From the NCBI RefSeq assembly GCF_009834535.1, contig NC_045697.1:102984001-103048000 (forward strand): a stretch of 64,000 nucleotides of DNA. Reading direction: 5' to 3'. The stretch is from Camelus ferus. Taxonomy: Eukaryota. Shown one piece after another: positions 1 through 12,749 of the stretch. The translations under genes and the position numbers were made by a program. The first letter of the stretch is position 1. Every line of letters starts with the position of its first letter. The notes under the pieces are model-generated. The model was not told the origin of the DNA and searched no databases. It saw only the letters and a program-made list of their open reading frames with translations.

Positions 1-1895
1 TGTGGTGTAAATCAATAGAAAGACGCCAGCTGCCGTTTTGCCCGTCTTAGAGCTGTAAGAATTTGGGTAATAATTATTCTTGATTAATCCCAATATGTTG
101 AAAAACTGTCTTTGTTCAAATGGTAAAATGTGAGGAGGACTGCCTTGGGGGGAAAATATATATAAATAGCATTATTTTAAATTATATTTGTGAAGAAGGT
201 GGCTACAGACTTACAAATTCCCATTTGCTTGAAATAATGCCAGCACTTCATATTTAAGTCACAAATGTGGACTTTTCAGACAGAGGACTCTAGGAAGAAA
301 GACATAAATTTTAACCAACATTTTCCCCACGTTGGTACTTAAAGAAAGAGAATCAACTCTACACTTATGAGGAATGGGACACTTTCATATTTAGTGAAAG
401 AATGCTGGAGCAAGTTATACAGTTCTCAACATGTCCGTCTTTAGCCGGAAAGGAAAAATCTGATCGAGTATTTCTGAGTTCTTTGATGAAAAAGGTGTTA
501 AGACGCATTGAGACAGTTCCCCTGGTAAGAAAAGGGCTCCCAGGACACACAGCTGCTCAAGACAGCGTGTGTTCAGGGAACAGCGAGAACATTACTATCC
601 TTAATAATAAAAAGCTTCATCCTTTCCCAGATGCCAAGACATAGTCGAATGTCTGGGGCCAGTTCCAACTCCTTTTGGTCAGCCCTCTCTCACCCCCTGT
701 GGTTGTTCTTTTAGCAGCAACGTGTAAAAGTAAAAAACACGCAGACTCGCAGATGCGCCCTGCAGGAAGAAGAGGGAGCGAACATACCCGCAGTTCCTGC
801 GCTGGGGGTGGGGGCAGCTGCTGAACCGCACGTACGCACAGAAAGGCAGGTTTCAAGATCGAGGACACAAATAGTGCTGCATCGTGTTTCCCCAACTGCA
901 TTTGATATTTCATATTTTTATTGCTTTTTCTGGGAATAAATGTGAAATTGTCTCAGACATCACATGGCTGTTCTAGGGCAGGTCCCTGTTTCCTCTTTCA
1001 GGTTAATAGAGGAAGTCATTCTGTTCCTCTTCCAATCTTCAAGCATGAAACTTGGGTCTACGGAATCCCCAGGAGTGAAAACTTTGTACTTTGATCACTG
1101 AAACGAAGTTAGGCGAAGTTAACTTTGTCAAATGATACATAATTATTATATATACATGCATTTTTACTTAGTGACAATGATGTAATACTGGGGGAATGTC
1201 TTTATTATTATTAAGCATATGTTAAAACAGTGATGATAAATTTTCTCAAATAGCATGGTAACTTCTGGATTTGTGGACAGGAGAGAGCATTGTTTAAAAA
1301 TGAGAGCTTTTGCAATCGAAAGAGATCCAAACCAGCCCCTCCGGGATATCACAGGGGTGAAATTCCATGCTTAGTCATGTTATCAAGGGCCTCAGAATAC
1401 CTGGAGGAGATAGGATCGGACGATACGGGCCACGTATCTGATGTGATGGTCTGAAGGACTGTCTCACCACAGGCTTTCAAAATACCTGGAGTTCCACCTT
1501 CGGAGCCATAAGATGGCCTCCAGAAAGTTCAATTAACATGCCACTATTTTACCTGCGAGGAGTGTTGCATTAATTTATTAACACTTGGCATGGATAAGAT
1601 AAGCAAATTGTGATGTGCCCTAGAGAAATGACTCAATGGGAAAGATTTTGAAGATGAGAAAGGAGCTATAGCGGTCCTGAGTAGAGACCCTTCTTGGGTC
1701 TGGGGAGAGACAGCAGGGACATGGGACAAGTGTGTGAACCCTAAATGAGGGTGGGTAAGGGGACAGTCTCAGGACCTGGTATTCTGGATCATTTGATGGT
1801 AAACTCCACCATGTGAGGGCAGAAGTTTTCAGATTCTGAAAACTGGGGAAATGTCCCACTGGTTGGGTGAGGCTGAAATGAAAACTCAACTTTAC

Positions 1896-2027
1896 GGGGA
1901 GGATATAGATCAGCGGCAGAGTGCCTGGTTAGCCTGCACGACATCCTGGGTTCAAACCCCAGTACCTCCATCAAGAAATAAATAAAATAAACATAATTAT
2001 CCCCCCAATAAATTAATTAATTTTTTA
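1896..2027 (+). mobile_element. tRNA-Ala-derived SINE (vic-1-like)
   Basis: Head ggggaggatatagatcagcggcagag...gggttcaaaccccagtacctcca with A/B boxes and an A-rich tail; 14-nt TSD aaaa(c/a)tcaacttta at 1881-1894 and 2028-2041. Confidence 0.88.
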
Positions 2028-2461
2028 AAAAATCAACTTTAAGGGAGCAGGGATGTGTTCTTTATCATCTCTGGGGATCTCTGGGGAAGAGCTGTATTTT
2101 TATAATTACAGATGTTTAATATCCTTTAGAAAAATGTAAATAGCATGTCAAACTGATGACTTTGTGAATATTAGGAAGAAGCTAAAGTAAAAAGAAACAG
2201 TTAACTTAGAGGAAGACATAAACTTGATAAGAAATAAAAGCACAAAGGCATAGGAATGAAGTGTGTAAAACGTGATTTTAGAAATATTTTGAAATCAGCA
2301 TACCACTGATCTACTTAAGAGTTATGGTATATTTATGGGCTAATAAATGGAGCCATGTATTTTAAATGCAAATGACTAGGGGGAAGTGAAGTTGGATCTT
2401 CAAGTGAGGGCACCCTGAGCTCCACATTTTTGGGAAAGGCGTTAGTAGACAGCACTCCAGA

Positions 2462-2700
2462 GACAGTATTTCAGGGTGGTTAAATTTTGGGGGGCGGGTC
2501 TTTGAATTCAGGATCTGAATTCAGACTTCACCAGTTACTAGGTGTGCAATCTTAGATAAGACACTGCATCTCTCTGAGTCTCACTTTGCTCATCTGTAAA
2601 ATGGAAATAATACTTCCTTCTAAGGATTACTCTAAGGGTTCCATAAGGTGATGAATGAATGTAAAGTGCTTTGCAAACCTGAAAAATAGTAAGAAAGATC
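2462..2700 (+). mobile_element. MIR SINE
   Basis: MIR core ctctctgagtctcactttgctcatctgtaaaatggaaataata. Further MIR cores at ~17500-17720, ~29370-29560, ~44950-45120 and ~58720-58980. Confidence 0.75.
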
Positions 2701-3499
2701 TCAAAAATGGTTGTTTTGATATTCTCACTCTCCCTTTTTTGGCTTGGGCCTTTTTTCAATTTTCTAAAAATAACTGATCTTTATCACATCTCCACAGACA
2801 TGACAGTTACTGTTACCTACTTTGTTTTATATGTTATAGTAAAGATGTAAAAGGTCAAAGGAAAGTAGAGTTTACTTCCAAAGGAACTTCTATAAAATAC
2901 CTCCCTGGGTGACTCAACCATGACCATTCTCTGCTTTTTATGCATTTCTAACAGTTTTGGTTCTATTCCCGGAAGGGCCCATGTAATCTACCTCCATTTG
3001 GAGGTGAGAATTCCAGGAAGGTTTCATGATGAGCCTTTACTCATTTGAAATGCCCATAACAGAGGATTGACCTTGTAACTACAAGACACATTCCTTAATT
3101 TGTGGTCATCTGCTTCTTTGGAAAGACACTTGAAATGGAATATTCTGTTTCTTTGTCTGGATACAATGTGCTGATTCCTGGGGAATTACCAGGAGAGCAC
3201 CACAAGGAGACTTTCCTGAAACAATTCTTGCTAGTGCCAACTTGACCAGGGGTAGCTTTCTACAGCTGAATCATAACACTTATTATTTACCATATTAGGC
3301 TAACATAACAGGAACCTAAACTACTGGATAACTAAGGCAAGGCTGTTCTATGCTAATTTGAAACAGCCTTTTACAATCCCTTCGGTGCTTTTATAATATG
3401 CTTTCAAAAATAAAGACACCATCATCACTATACTGCTGATCACCATTGTCATCACGGTTTGATCAGCAGGCTGCCGCTCAGCTTTTATAAAATGTATTT

Positions 3500-5720
3500 T
3501 AGCATAGTATATATTTTTCTATCCTTGTACTTTGATTTACATGTCTTTATAAGTCAAGTGGGTTTCTGGTAGACATCATACAGTTGGGTCTTGCTTTTCA
3601 TCCAATCTGACAATCTCTGACTTTTAAATTGGGTGTTTAGCCTTGTTACACTTAATGTAATTATCAAAATGGTTGGTTTTAAATCTATTGTTGTCTTAGT
3701 TCAAACTGTTGTAACAGAATACTATAATAGGTAGCTTACAAGCCATAGGACCATATTTCTCACAGTTCTGGAGGCTGGAGAGTCCAAGATCACAGTATCT
3801 GGTGAGGACCCACTTCCTAGTTCATAGACCAGCCATATTTTCGCTATGTCCTCACATGGTGGAAGAGGGGAAGGAGGGTCTCCAGGGCCTCTTTATAAGG
3901 GCACTAATCACACTTACAAGGGCTCCACCTTCAAAATCTAACTGATCACCTCCCAAAGGTTCCACCTCCAAATATTATCATATTGGGGACTAGTTTTCAC
4001 CATATGGGTTTTGAGAGGACACAAACATCCAATCTACAGTAACCAGGTTCCTATTTGTTTTGCTTTTTTTCCTATTCACTCTTCATTACCTTTTTTTCTT
4101 CTTCTCCTTCCTTCTTTTGGACTGTGTCTTTTTATGATTTCATTTTATCTCTATTATGAGCTTTTGGTTTTTGGTTTGGTTTTTTTCTGGGCTTTGGGGG
4201 ATTTTTTTTGGTTTTTGTTTTTAATGATTCCTCTGGGATTTATAGTGTACATCTTTCACTTATTACAGTTTACTTTCAAATATGTCACTTTAACATACGG
4301 TATAAGAACCTTATAGCAGTGTATGTCCATTCCACACCTCCACCCTTGTGCTATTGCTATCATGCATTTCACTGTTACCTATGTTATAAATCCCACAATA
4401 CATGATTACTTTTACTAATCAATTACCTTTTCAAGAGACTTAAAATTAACAAAGAAATCTAATACGTTTCTTCACATATTTGCCATATCTGATGCTGTTC
4501 ACTCCTTTGTAAGATCCACATTTCCATCTGAAATAATATTTTCCTTCTGCCTAAAGGACTTCCTTTTTTATTTCTTGTAGTGGCAATGTGCTAGTAATAA
4601 ATTCCCTCAGGTTTTATTTATTTGAAAAATCTCTTGAGAAATCATTTTGCTGAGCTTCTAATTTTCTTCCTTTGAATACTTTAAAGATGTCAATCCATTA
4701 TGTTCTGACTTACATTTTTTTTAAGGGGAAGACTACTGTTATTCTTATTTTTGCTATGGACTGAATTGTGTGGTTCCCCACCCTCCAAATTCATACGTGG
4801 AAGCCAAATGTGACTGTATTTGGAGATAAGGCTTTTAGGTTAAATTAAGGTTAAATGAGGTCACAATGGTGGAGTCCTTACCCCATAGGATTGGTGGCAT
4901 TGTAAGAAGAAAGAGATCTCTCTTTCTCTCTCTCTCCCTTCCTCTCTGCATGCATGTGAACACACAGCCTGAAAGCTGTCATCTGCTAGTCAAGAAGAGA
5001 TCTCTCACTCACCAGAACTCAACCATGCTGGCATGTGATCTCAAATTCCAGAACTGGGAGAAAATACATTTCTGAATTTCTGTGGTATTAGCTAACCAAT
5101 TAGAGCTGATCTAATGTATCCTTATTCTCTTACATGTAATATTTCTGTTTCCTTTCTGTTAGTAGTTCTTAGCAATTTAGTTATGTTCTGCCTTAATGCC
5201 GTTTCCTTCCTGTTTTCTGCTTAGAGTTTGTCAGGCTTCTCAGATTTGTCCGTTTATCCTTTCTATCAAATTTAGAAAATCGTGGCCATTAGTTTTTCAA
5301 ATAAGTTTTCTGTTCCCCTCCCCAGCCCGCCTCTTCTGGGACTCCAGGGACAAACATGGTAGGGCTGCTTCAACTTCTTCTGCATCTCTGCTGCCTGTCC
5401 ACTTCGCTCCAGGCTTTGTTCTCTCTCTGTTTCATTTGAATAGCTTCTATTTCTAGGTCTCCAAGTGCGCTATCTTCTTTTCTTCTGAAGTATCTAATCT
5501 GCTGTTCATTCTGTCCATGATTTTTTTGCCTCAGATATTGTGTATTTCATCTCTGAAAGTTCCATTTGGGCCTTTTTTTTAATATCTTCCATTTCTCTTC
5601 TTATGTTTGTAATTTCCTCTACCTTCTTGAATATATGTAGTGTTTTCATAGATGGTTTGATGTCCTTTTCTACTAATTCTGTCATCTGTGTAATTAGATT
5701 TTTATAAATGTATTTTTTCC
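3500..5720. mobile_element. Old L1M fragment interrupted by two MLT1 (MaLR) LTRs (~3690-4030 and ~4752-5110, opposite orientations)
   Basis: MLT1 hallmarks tttctcacagttctggaggctgg...gtccaagatca and tgtgactgtatttggagataagg...ggttaaatgaggtca, set in T-rich L1M-like sequence. Confidence 0.72.
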
Positions 5721-7045
5721 AGTTTTATATTTATTTAAGGTGGGGAAGTAAATCTGGTCCTTGGCATTCTATTGTGTTTAGAAGCTGAAGTCTTTTATGT
5801 TGTTGGGACAACTATTGCAGAGAGTTATTTGCTTTATGTCCTCAGGGTATGGGCAATAATTAACCAACCAGGAAAATATGAAAATTTATCACTGAGTTCA
5901 TTCCAATGCAGTGAAAACCGCTATTTGCTACAATTGGGCAAAAGCTATGATTAAATGATTAGAAAACAGAAATTGATTATGTTTTGAGTGCTCTAAATTT
6001 TTGCCTTAAATACAACAAAACATTTTTCTTCTCATTTTATACACGACCACAGCCACTGAGTTTCCATATGGTTGATGGTTTTTCCTACGTTTGTACTTCC
6101 GTGTGCCTCAGAAATATGTCTGTGCTACTGGACAAAGTCTCACTGTTAACTCCTAGGCGTTCAGATCTTCATTTGCAAATGCTTAGCTTAGTTTCCCTAC
6201 TGAAGTCCCACAAATAGAGTTTCCCAGCTGGTTAGTATCTAATATGTGCTGAACACCTCCAACATACCCCCAAACTGATGAGTGAAAAGGAAGCTGTAGA
6301 AATCGTCCCCCTTTTCACAAAGCTCTATTATTTGGTTATTTGAGATTAAAGATCTTGCTTATTATTTGCTATCTGGTAACTTCTTTGGGGGAAAGGAATG
6401 TGTCTTGTGCATTGTTGCATCCACAGAGACCACGCTGGGCACATGGTAAGTGCTGTGAAAATTTGTAGAAATAAGCAAATAGACTTTTGTTTATACTCAA
6501 AGATGCCAAGAAGTACCCTGATTGTTTTGCCATTATCTCAGAGTCTACACACCTGTTGATTCCTACATTTTCAACTGAGCATCCAGAAAATCGAAAGGCA
6601 ATAAAAATGACAAAGCACAACCTTAGATGTTGAAGATTATAGCCAAAATGCATTGGTCTGGGGCCGAAGTGCAGTGATCTATGAAAGGCTAGATGCAATA
6701 TCTTAGAAGACCAGGTTCCTAGTATCAGAATAAATTCCCAGAGGTGAATTCTTACCTAAAGGCAAAACTTGACTCTGATAGCATGAATTTTCATGGGCGT
6801 ATACAAATTTAGCCCATCTTCATTAAGATCATATTCCATAATTATATGCCTTCCTTATGCATTTTGTGGTTGTGTGTTTCACCATTAAATCTGACAGAGG
6901 AAGAGGTAGTAAACATTTGCCACAGTCTTAAAATGTTTGCGAAACTTTACTTGTCAACAGCTGCTCATTGCTGTGTACTTTGTGTCCCTTTAGCCAAGCC
7001 CAAATTTGAGGGAAAATAACAGATGTTCAGTTAATTATTTTTCCT

Positions 7046-7090
7046 TGTGTGTGTGTGGGTGTGTGTGTGGGTGTGTGTGTGGGTGTGTGG
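7046..7090. repeat. Compound (TG)n/(GGTG) microsatellite
   Basis: tgtgtgtgtgtgggtgtgtgtgtgggtgtgtgtgtgggtgtgtgg. Confidence 0.9.
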
Positions 7091-7340
7091 TATGGCTGCC
7101 TTCCAAAGACATCAAACATAGGCATTGCTTATTGATGGTTATCTTGTTTGGTTCCAAACTACTCAACTGGCAAAAATAAAATGAATCCTACCGGCGCATT
7201 TGGAAAATAGTTTATTACAAAGAATTCCAATAGCAATGTTCATCAGGAACTAGACCACACTTTGCATTGTGTGCTTTAGGAATAAACAATGCAGCTAGGT
7301 AGCTATGTGGTTCTTAAATGATTAGCACTAACGTGCTGGT

Positions 7341-7480
7341 GGGAGGTTGTAGCTCAGTGGCAGAGCACATGCTTAGCATGCACAGGGGCCTGGGTTCGAT
7401 CCTCAATACCTCCATTTAAGAAAATAAATAAATAAGCCTAATTACCTCCCCCCAAAAAACTTTCAAGAAATCTTAAAAAA
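7341..7480 (+). mobile_element. tRNA-Ala-derived SINE (vic-1-like)
   Basis: gtagctcagtggcagagcacatgcttagcatgcac...gggttcgatcc followed by the family tail aaataagcctaattacctcccc. Confidence 0.88.
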
Positions 7481-7582
7481 CATGAATAGACTTGGCAAGT
7501 TCCCCAACTGGTCTTTCACTTTTGAAAGCTTGGTCCCATGATATTCTCCAGGTTACAGGCATAAATGAACAGAATGATTTCT

Positions 7583-7879
7583 TTTTTTTTTAATTGAAGT
7601 ATAGTCAATTTACAATGTGTTAATTTCTGGTGTACAGCCTGGTGATTCAGATATAGATATATATATATATACATATATATATATATGTATATATATATAT
7701 CTATATATATATATATAGATATTCCTTTTCATATTCTTTTTCGTTATAGGCTATTACAAGGTATTGAATATAGTTCCCTGGGTGATACAGTAGGACTTTG
7801 CTGTTTATCTATTTTTATATATAGTAGTTAGTATCTGCAAATCCTGAACTCCCAATTTATGCCTCTCTCCCACTTTCAG
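7583..7879 (-). mobile_element. 5'-truncated artiodactyl-type L1 3' end with internal (TA)n
   Basis: Poly-T, then ttgaagtatagtc...tgaatatagttccctg...; perfect 19-nt TSD aatgaacagaatgatttct at 7564-7582 and 7880-7898. Confidence 0.9.
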
Positions 7880-9760
7880 AATGAACAGAATGATTTCTGC
7901 ATTCAATTTATTACAGTTGTCTGTAATGTGTATGATTCAGTTTTATATAGGAAACTTTTTATTTGTTATATATTACATTTAAGGTATGTATTATATATAT
8001 GCTTATATTTGTTATATATTATATTTATATATCCTCTTTCCTAGCAGGATAAATATTTTTATGCATGCTGAACTTATCTGTGCAAATCATTCAATGACAT
8101 TCTTTTTTGTTTTGTTTTGTTTTGTTTTTTCAATGACATCCTTTTTGAAAACATTTACTTGGTTAGTGCCAGGATAGTAATTTCCCCCATTATTTCAAAT
8201 ACTGGGTAATGGAAAAATCCCTTACCATCAAAACATTTAATTTCTTTCTCACAAATCATTTAATTACTTTCTCACAGAAAATTGAGTTTAAAACAACAAC
8301 AACAAAAGCTATTTAAACTAGGAATCTATCAAAAAACACCGAGGTGCTGCCATCCATAAGAAATATGATATATCACTTAACTTTTTTAAATGAGAGAAGG
8401 ATAGTTCGGAAGGAATTAACATCTGTCCACAGTCACACAGCAGCTCCCACTGGAACGAAAACCAGGCATCTTGACACGCAGCCTCTTTCTTGTCTAATAG
8501 CAATAAATCTGTGTTTTGCTATTATTGCTATAAACCTAGATTCTACGGTAACATTAGTTGGAATAACTATGTAACAAACAGTTATTTCTTCACTTTCAAT
8601 GTTAAAGACATGCATTGGTGAAAATCGACGTCCAAACAAGCAGAGACAGTACTTGTGTAACAGATTTTTAAATCAGTATTTCAAATTAGTATGCAAAGAC
8701 AACTAACCAGCTGAATATAAGACTTACTTATACAGGCAAAGCTACCTGAGAAGAAGCAAAGTAGTTCGCCAGTATTAAGGCTAAATGAGCTATGACCGTG
8801 ATGGAATGAGCTGGCTATTTTTCAAGAAAGCATCAGATCTTATTAAAATTAGTGTTTTCCACTTTAAAATGGGCACCATGAAAGACCACACACTTATTTC
8901 AAACGATCCCACCATCACTGGATGAAGTTTGGGCACCCCTCCTTTGAAACTGCATTTCAAAATTACAAAAAAAAAAAAAAAAAAGCAGGATTAGCATTAC
9001 CATCTTACTTTTACCCCAAATATAATTTCCTAGGTTAGTCACTCACACTCATGTATTTAGTGCACTTAACATTAAATATTAATGTATTTAATATCGTCTT
9101 TCCAGTGATTTGACTCTAGAGAGAGGACAGGACCCCTTCTCCTCCAGCTCAATATGGAACAATTCTAAGGAAGGACCCTAATTTTCCTTAATTGTATTCA
9201 TCTTAAAATGTTGCCACATTGAGCACATTAAAAAGAATGACCCACAGATTCTGAAGAAATTTCTATTTTAAAATAAATCAGTAAATGTCTTCTATAGAGA
9301 ACCCCCTCATACTTTGGAGATTTATGTTGTAGTGTCTATTAAAGTCACTGGTCTTTAAGACCAATTAATCAGAAGAGGAATGAATCTATCTCTTTGCCTG
9401 TATTGGGAAATGCTGTCTCTTTAAGAAACCCAGAACCGATTTTGTTCCCATTGCCAGGCCTGACTCACCAGTGTTAAGAAACACCTGTATACCTTCAGGG
9501 TAGTCTCTTTGGAACCCTTGTATAAATTAAAATTTGCCTTCAGGGATTCCAAAGTTCTGTGTCAAAAGTTACATTAAAAGACAGAGTCTCAGCAAATCAG
9601 CTCTAGCCCTTCTCAAACAGCACAGGCCTTATTATACAGGTTTTAAAACAAACTCCCCATTTCATCTGGAGGAGCCAGTGTTTATTGGATATCAACTATG
9701 GGCCTTAATACTATCCATGCTACTTTGGGGATCACAAAGGAAGTGGACATGATTCTCGCT

Positions 9761-10399
9761 TTAAAAAAAGTATAGTTGGTTTACAATGTTGTGTTAATTT
9801 CTTGTGTACAGCATAGCAATTCAGTTATATATATACATATATATATATATTCCTTTTCATATTCTTTTTCATTATAGGCTATTATAAGGTATTGAATATA
9901 GTTCCCTGTGCCATACAGTAGGACCTTGTTTATTTACTTTACATATAGTAGTATCTGAAATCCTGAACTCCCAATTATCCCTCCATCCCACAGTTTGTTT
10001 TCTATGTCTGTGAGTCTGTTTCTGTTTTGTAAATAAGTTCATTTGTCTCTCTCTCTTTTTTTTTTTTTCAGACTCCACATATAAGCAATATCACATGGTA
10101 TTTGTCTTTCTCTTTCTGGCTTACTTCACTTAGAATGACGATTTCCTGGCCCATCTATGTTGCTGCAAGTGGCATTATTTTATTCTTTTTTTCTGGCTGA
10201 GGAGTATTCCATTATATGTATACACTACAGCTTCTTTATCCAGTCATCTGTCGATGGACATTTAGGTTGTTTCCATGTTTTGACTGTTCTAAATAGTTCT
10301 GTTATGAACATTGGGGTGCAGGTGTCTTTTCGAATTAGCGTTTCCTCTGGATCCAGGAGTGGGATTGCTGGATCATTTGGTAACTCTAGTTTTTTAAGG
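9761..10399 (-). mobile_element. 5'-truncated L1 (ORF2 C-terminal remnant plus 3' UTR)
   Basis: Minus-strand translation LKKLELPNDPAIPLL...DTCTPMFITELFRTVKTWKQPKCPSTDDWIKKL is the L1 ORF2 C-terminus; TSD tgattctc(g/a)ct. Confidence 0.92.
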
Positions 10400-11651
10400 T
10401 GATTCTCACTCTTAAAAAGCAAATTCCCCATCTAGTTGGGGAGGCAGATAAAATGGATTTATCAGCTTTATTACAAACATGCTCTTGGAGGCAGAGGCCA
10501 GGATGTTAAAGCTACACAACCCCGTCTGACAAACATTCAGTTCAACAAACCTGTATTTTGTCGCTCATCACCATGTCATTCATTGCACCTTCCACTAAGG
10601 GTTAAAATATGAATGGCACCGTGTCCCAGTCCCCAGGGCTGCTTCTAGAGCAGAAAGTGCCTCTTAACAGAGGAGATGGCAATCTCCTCCAAATCCCTCC
10701 AGAGGGGGGCTTTATGGAAATGTGTCCCTTTTTCACTGACCAATTAGAAAAAAGGTGCCCCTCTGGTCAGACTAAATAGAAAAATGTGCCCTTTCTCCTA
10801 TAGCCCTGGGCTGAGCAGCAAGGAGGCTGGAATTTGGATACCATTTGCTCTCAGTGGTATGATCCACATGAGGAACCTGCAGTTCTTTATTCTCTACCCC
10901 TTGCGTTTTTAAATCATAAGCAGTCCTAATTCTTTGAGCCAGGGAAACAAGGGCTGCTCTTAGAGCTGTGGGACTCAGCTGCCCCAAGTTGTTGCTATAA
11001 CTTCTTGTTAACCCCTTGGATTTCCTTCCATTCCCGTCTTGGTGCTATGTTATTATTTCAAAAGCTATAGATACCTCTGCTTTTTCCAGTTGTTAGATAT
11101 GATGGCAGAAGATCTGAAGGGCTTGTCATAAGAAGCCCTGGGCAGCTGGTGTAGTTTTTGCCAATACGTGCATTTCAACACCATGACTTATGGGCAAAGA
11201 CAAGAGGGCTGGAGTATCTTTGAGCAAATACACAATCCTCCAGTGACCCCTCTGGCAATACATCAGAGGTTCTGCAGTGTAGCTGCAGGCAACAAACTGA
11301 GATCAGCCAGGATTGATGGGGGAGCCTCCGCAGTGCTCAGGTTTTTAAAATACCTGCACTCCAATGCAGGGCAACTGACTTCTTAAGTGCACTGGATGAC
11401 TGCAAACGGGGCCTGACTGAGAGCCAGGCTGGATGGTCTTCAGGAGTGCTTTAGGGGAAATCACTGTTGTTCACCCAACTTTCTTTTGAGTCAGGGTTTT
11501 CTCAAGGGTGTAATGAGGGTGTTCCCATAACTGATTCCAAATTAATAAAAGCTTAATGCTAAGAACCTTCAGCCTTCTTGCAAGCCTTGTTACAAATTAT
11601 CCAGAACTTGTTGGGACTACCAATCTTACTGAAGTTTGTGTCTTGAAAATC

Positions 11652-11728
11652 GGGGGAGGGTATTGGTTAGTGGTAGAGTGTGTGCTTAGCATGTACAAGG
11701 TCATGGGTTCAAATCCCCAGGACTGCCA

Positions 11729-11776
<48 letters not shown>

Positions 11777-11840
11777 ACAAACCTAATTACCTCTCCCCCC
11801 TCAAATTTATTTTTTAATTTTTAAAAAATAAAAATAAATA
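11652..11840 (+). mobile_element. tRNA-Ala-derived SINE (vic-1-like) with expanded (AAAT)n
   Basis: Same head and cctaattacctc tail; (AAAT)n at ~11731-11776. Confidence 0.87.
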
Positions 11841-12749
11841 TTTTTTTGTAGTGTTATCTTCCTTGGTTAGAAAATAATTGGGTTCCTGGCCTCCTTCAGG
11901 TCTGGTATCCAACAGCTAGTTGGAAAGCATGAGATTTGCCCCTCTTTCATCTTTATACTTGTTTACCCCACACAACCATCACTAAATAAATAATAAGCTC
12001 ACCCGATGAGAAAGATAATTCAGGCTCCTGGAAAGAGGGTCGGGTTGTTTGTTGCTGCAGTGTTTGTGCTGGTGGGGAGGTGGTGGGTCGTGGACGCACA
12101 CACCAAGGAATACTGAGCAGTGGTGAAAAGCAATGACTTAAATGTACACATAGCCACGTGAGTGGACCTAAACCACATAGTACTTCACGGGAAAAGGAGA
12201 AGCAGAGGCATGTATAGCACAATGACATTACATAAATGTTAAAATGTGTGCGTGCAAGACAACGATACCTGTAATGCAAAAATACACACAATAGAAAAGG
12301 GTAACACACCCCAGACATTAAGAGGGATGCTTGTCAGGACAGGAGACAGAAAGGAATGGGGTCGGAGAAAGAGAGGAGAAATAGCCTAAGAGCAGGACCT
12401 GGCAGAGACCAAAGATTAGTTCGCTCTTCTGTTTCTAAAGATCAAGAACCACAACATAACGCAATTTCTCCTTTTCTTCCCCGGAGGGTTTCCGGAGAAT
12501 ATGTTGGGATTCCATGGATCTGTATTTAACAAGCATTAAGTCTTCTGATCAGAAAAGTTGGAGCAACAGCTCTCTAAAGTCTAGAGCAATTATTGGAGCC
12601 CTGGATGAGAGCCTCTTGTGAAAGAAGAGAAGGCCATGGGGAGGGGGACATAGGGTAGAACCTGGCTGCGGCTCTCCCCGAACCGAGACCAACACACCCA
12701 GGAAAAAAGTACAGACTGAGGAAGTAGGAAGACATTCTTACTAACTGCA

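Noticed and set aside
1..122. Possible further pseudo-exon ending AATG|gtaaaa in phase 1
   Set aside because: The phase fits the 280 acceptor, but the matching frame has four stops in 40 codons and is cut by the window edge.
1896..1970. tRNA-Ala-like sequences (also 7341, 11652, 15346, 19862, 27946, 34730, 51860)
   Set aside because: Diverged, with A-rich tails and TSDs; these are SINE heads, not tRNA genes.
2112..3336. Specific reading frames for possible pseudo-exons at 2112-2327 and 2955-3336
   Set aside because: Splice-like ends are present, but each frame I tried has about 7-8 stops, so no frame can be assigned by eye. 2955-3336 is kept only as a tentative block.
10225..10431. ORFs with L1 ORF2-like peptides (also 34753-34977 and 46858-47183)
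   Set aside because: Short, broken remnants of 5'-truncated L1s; not functional genes.
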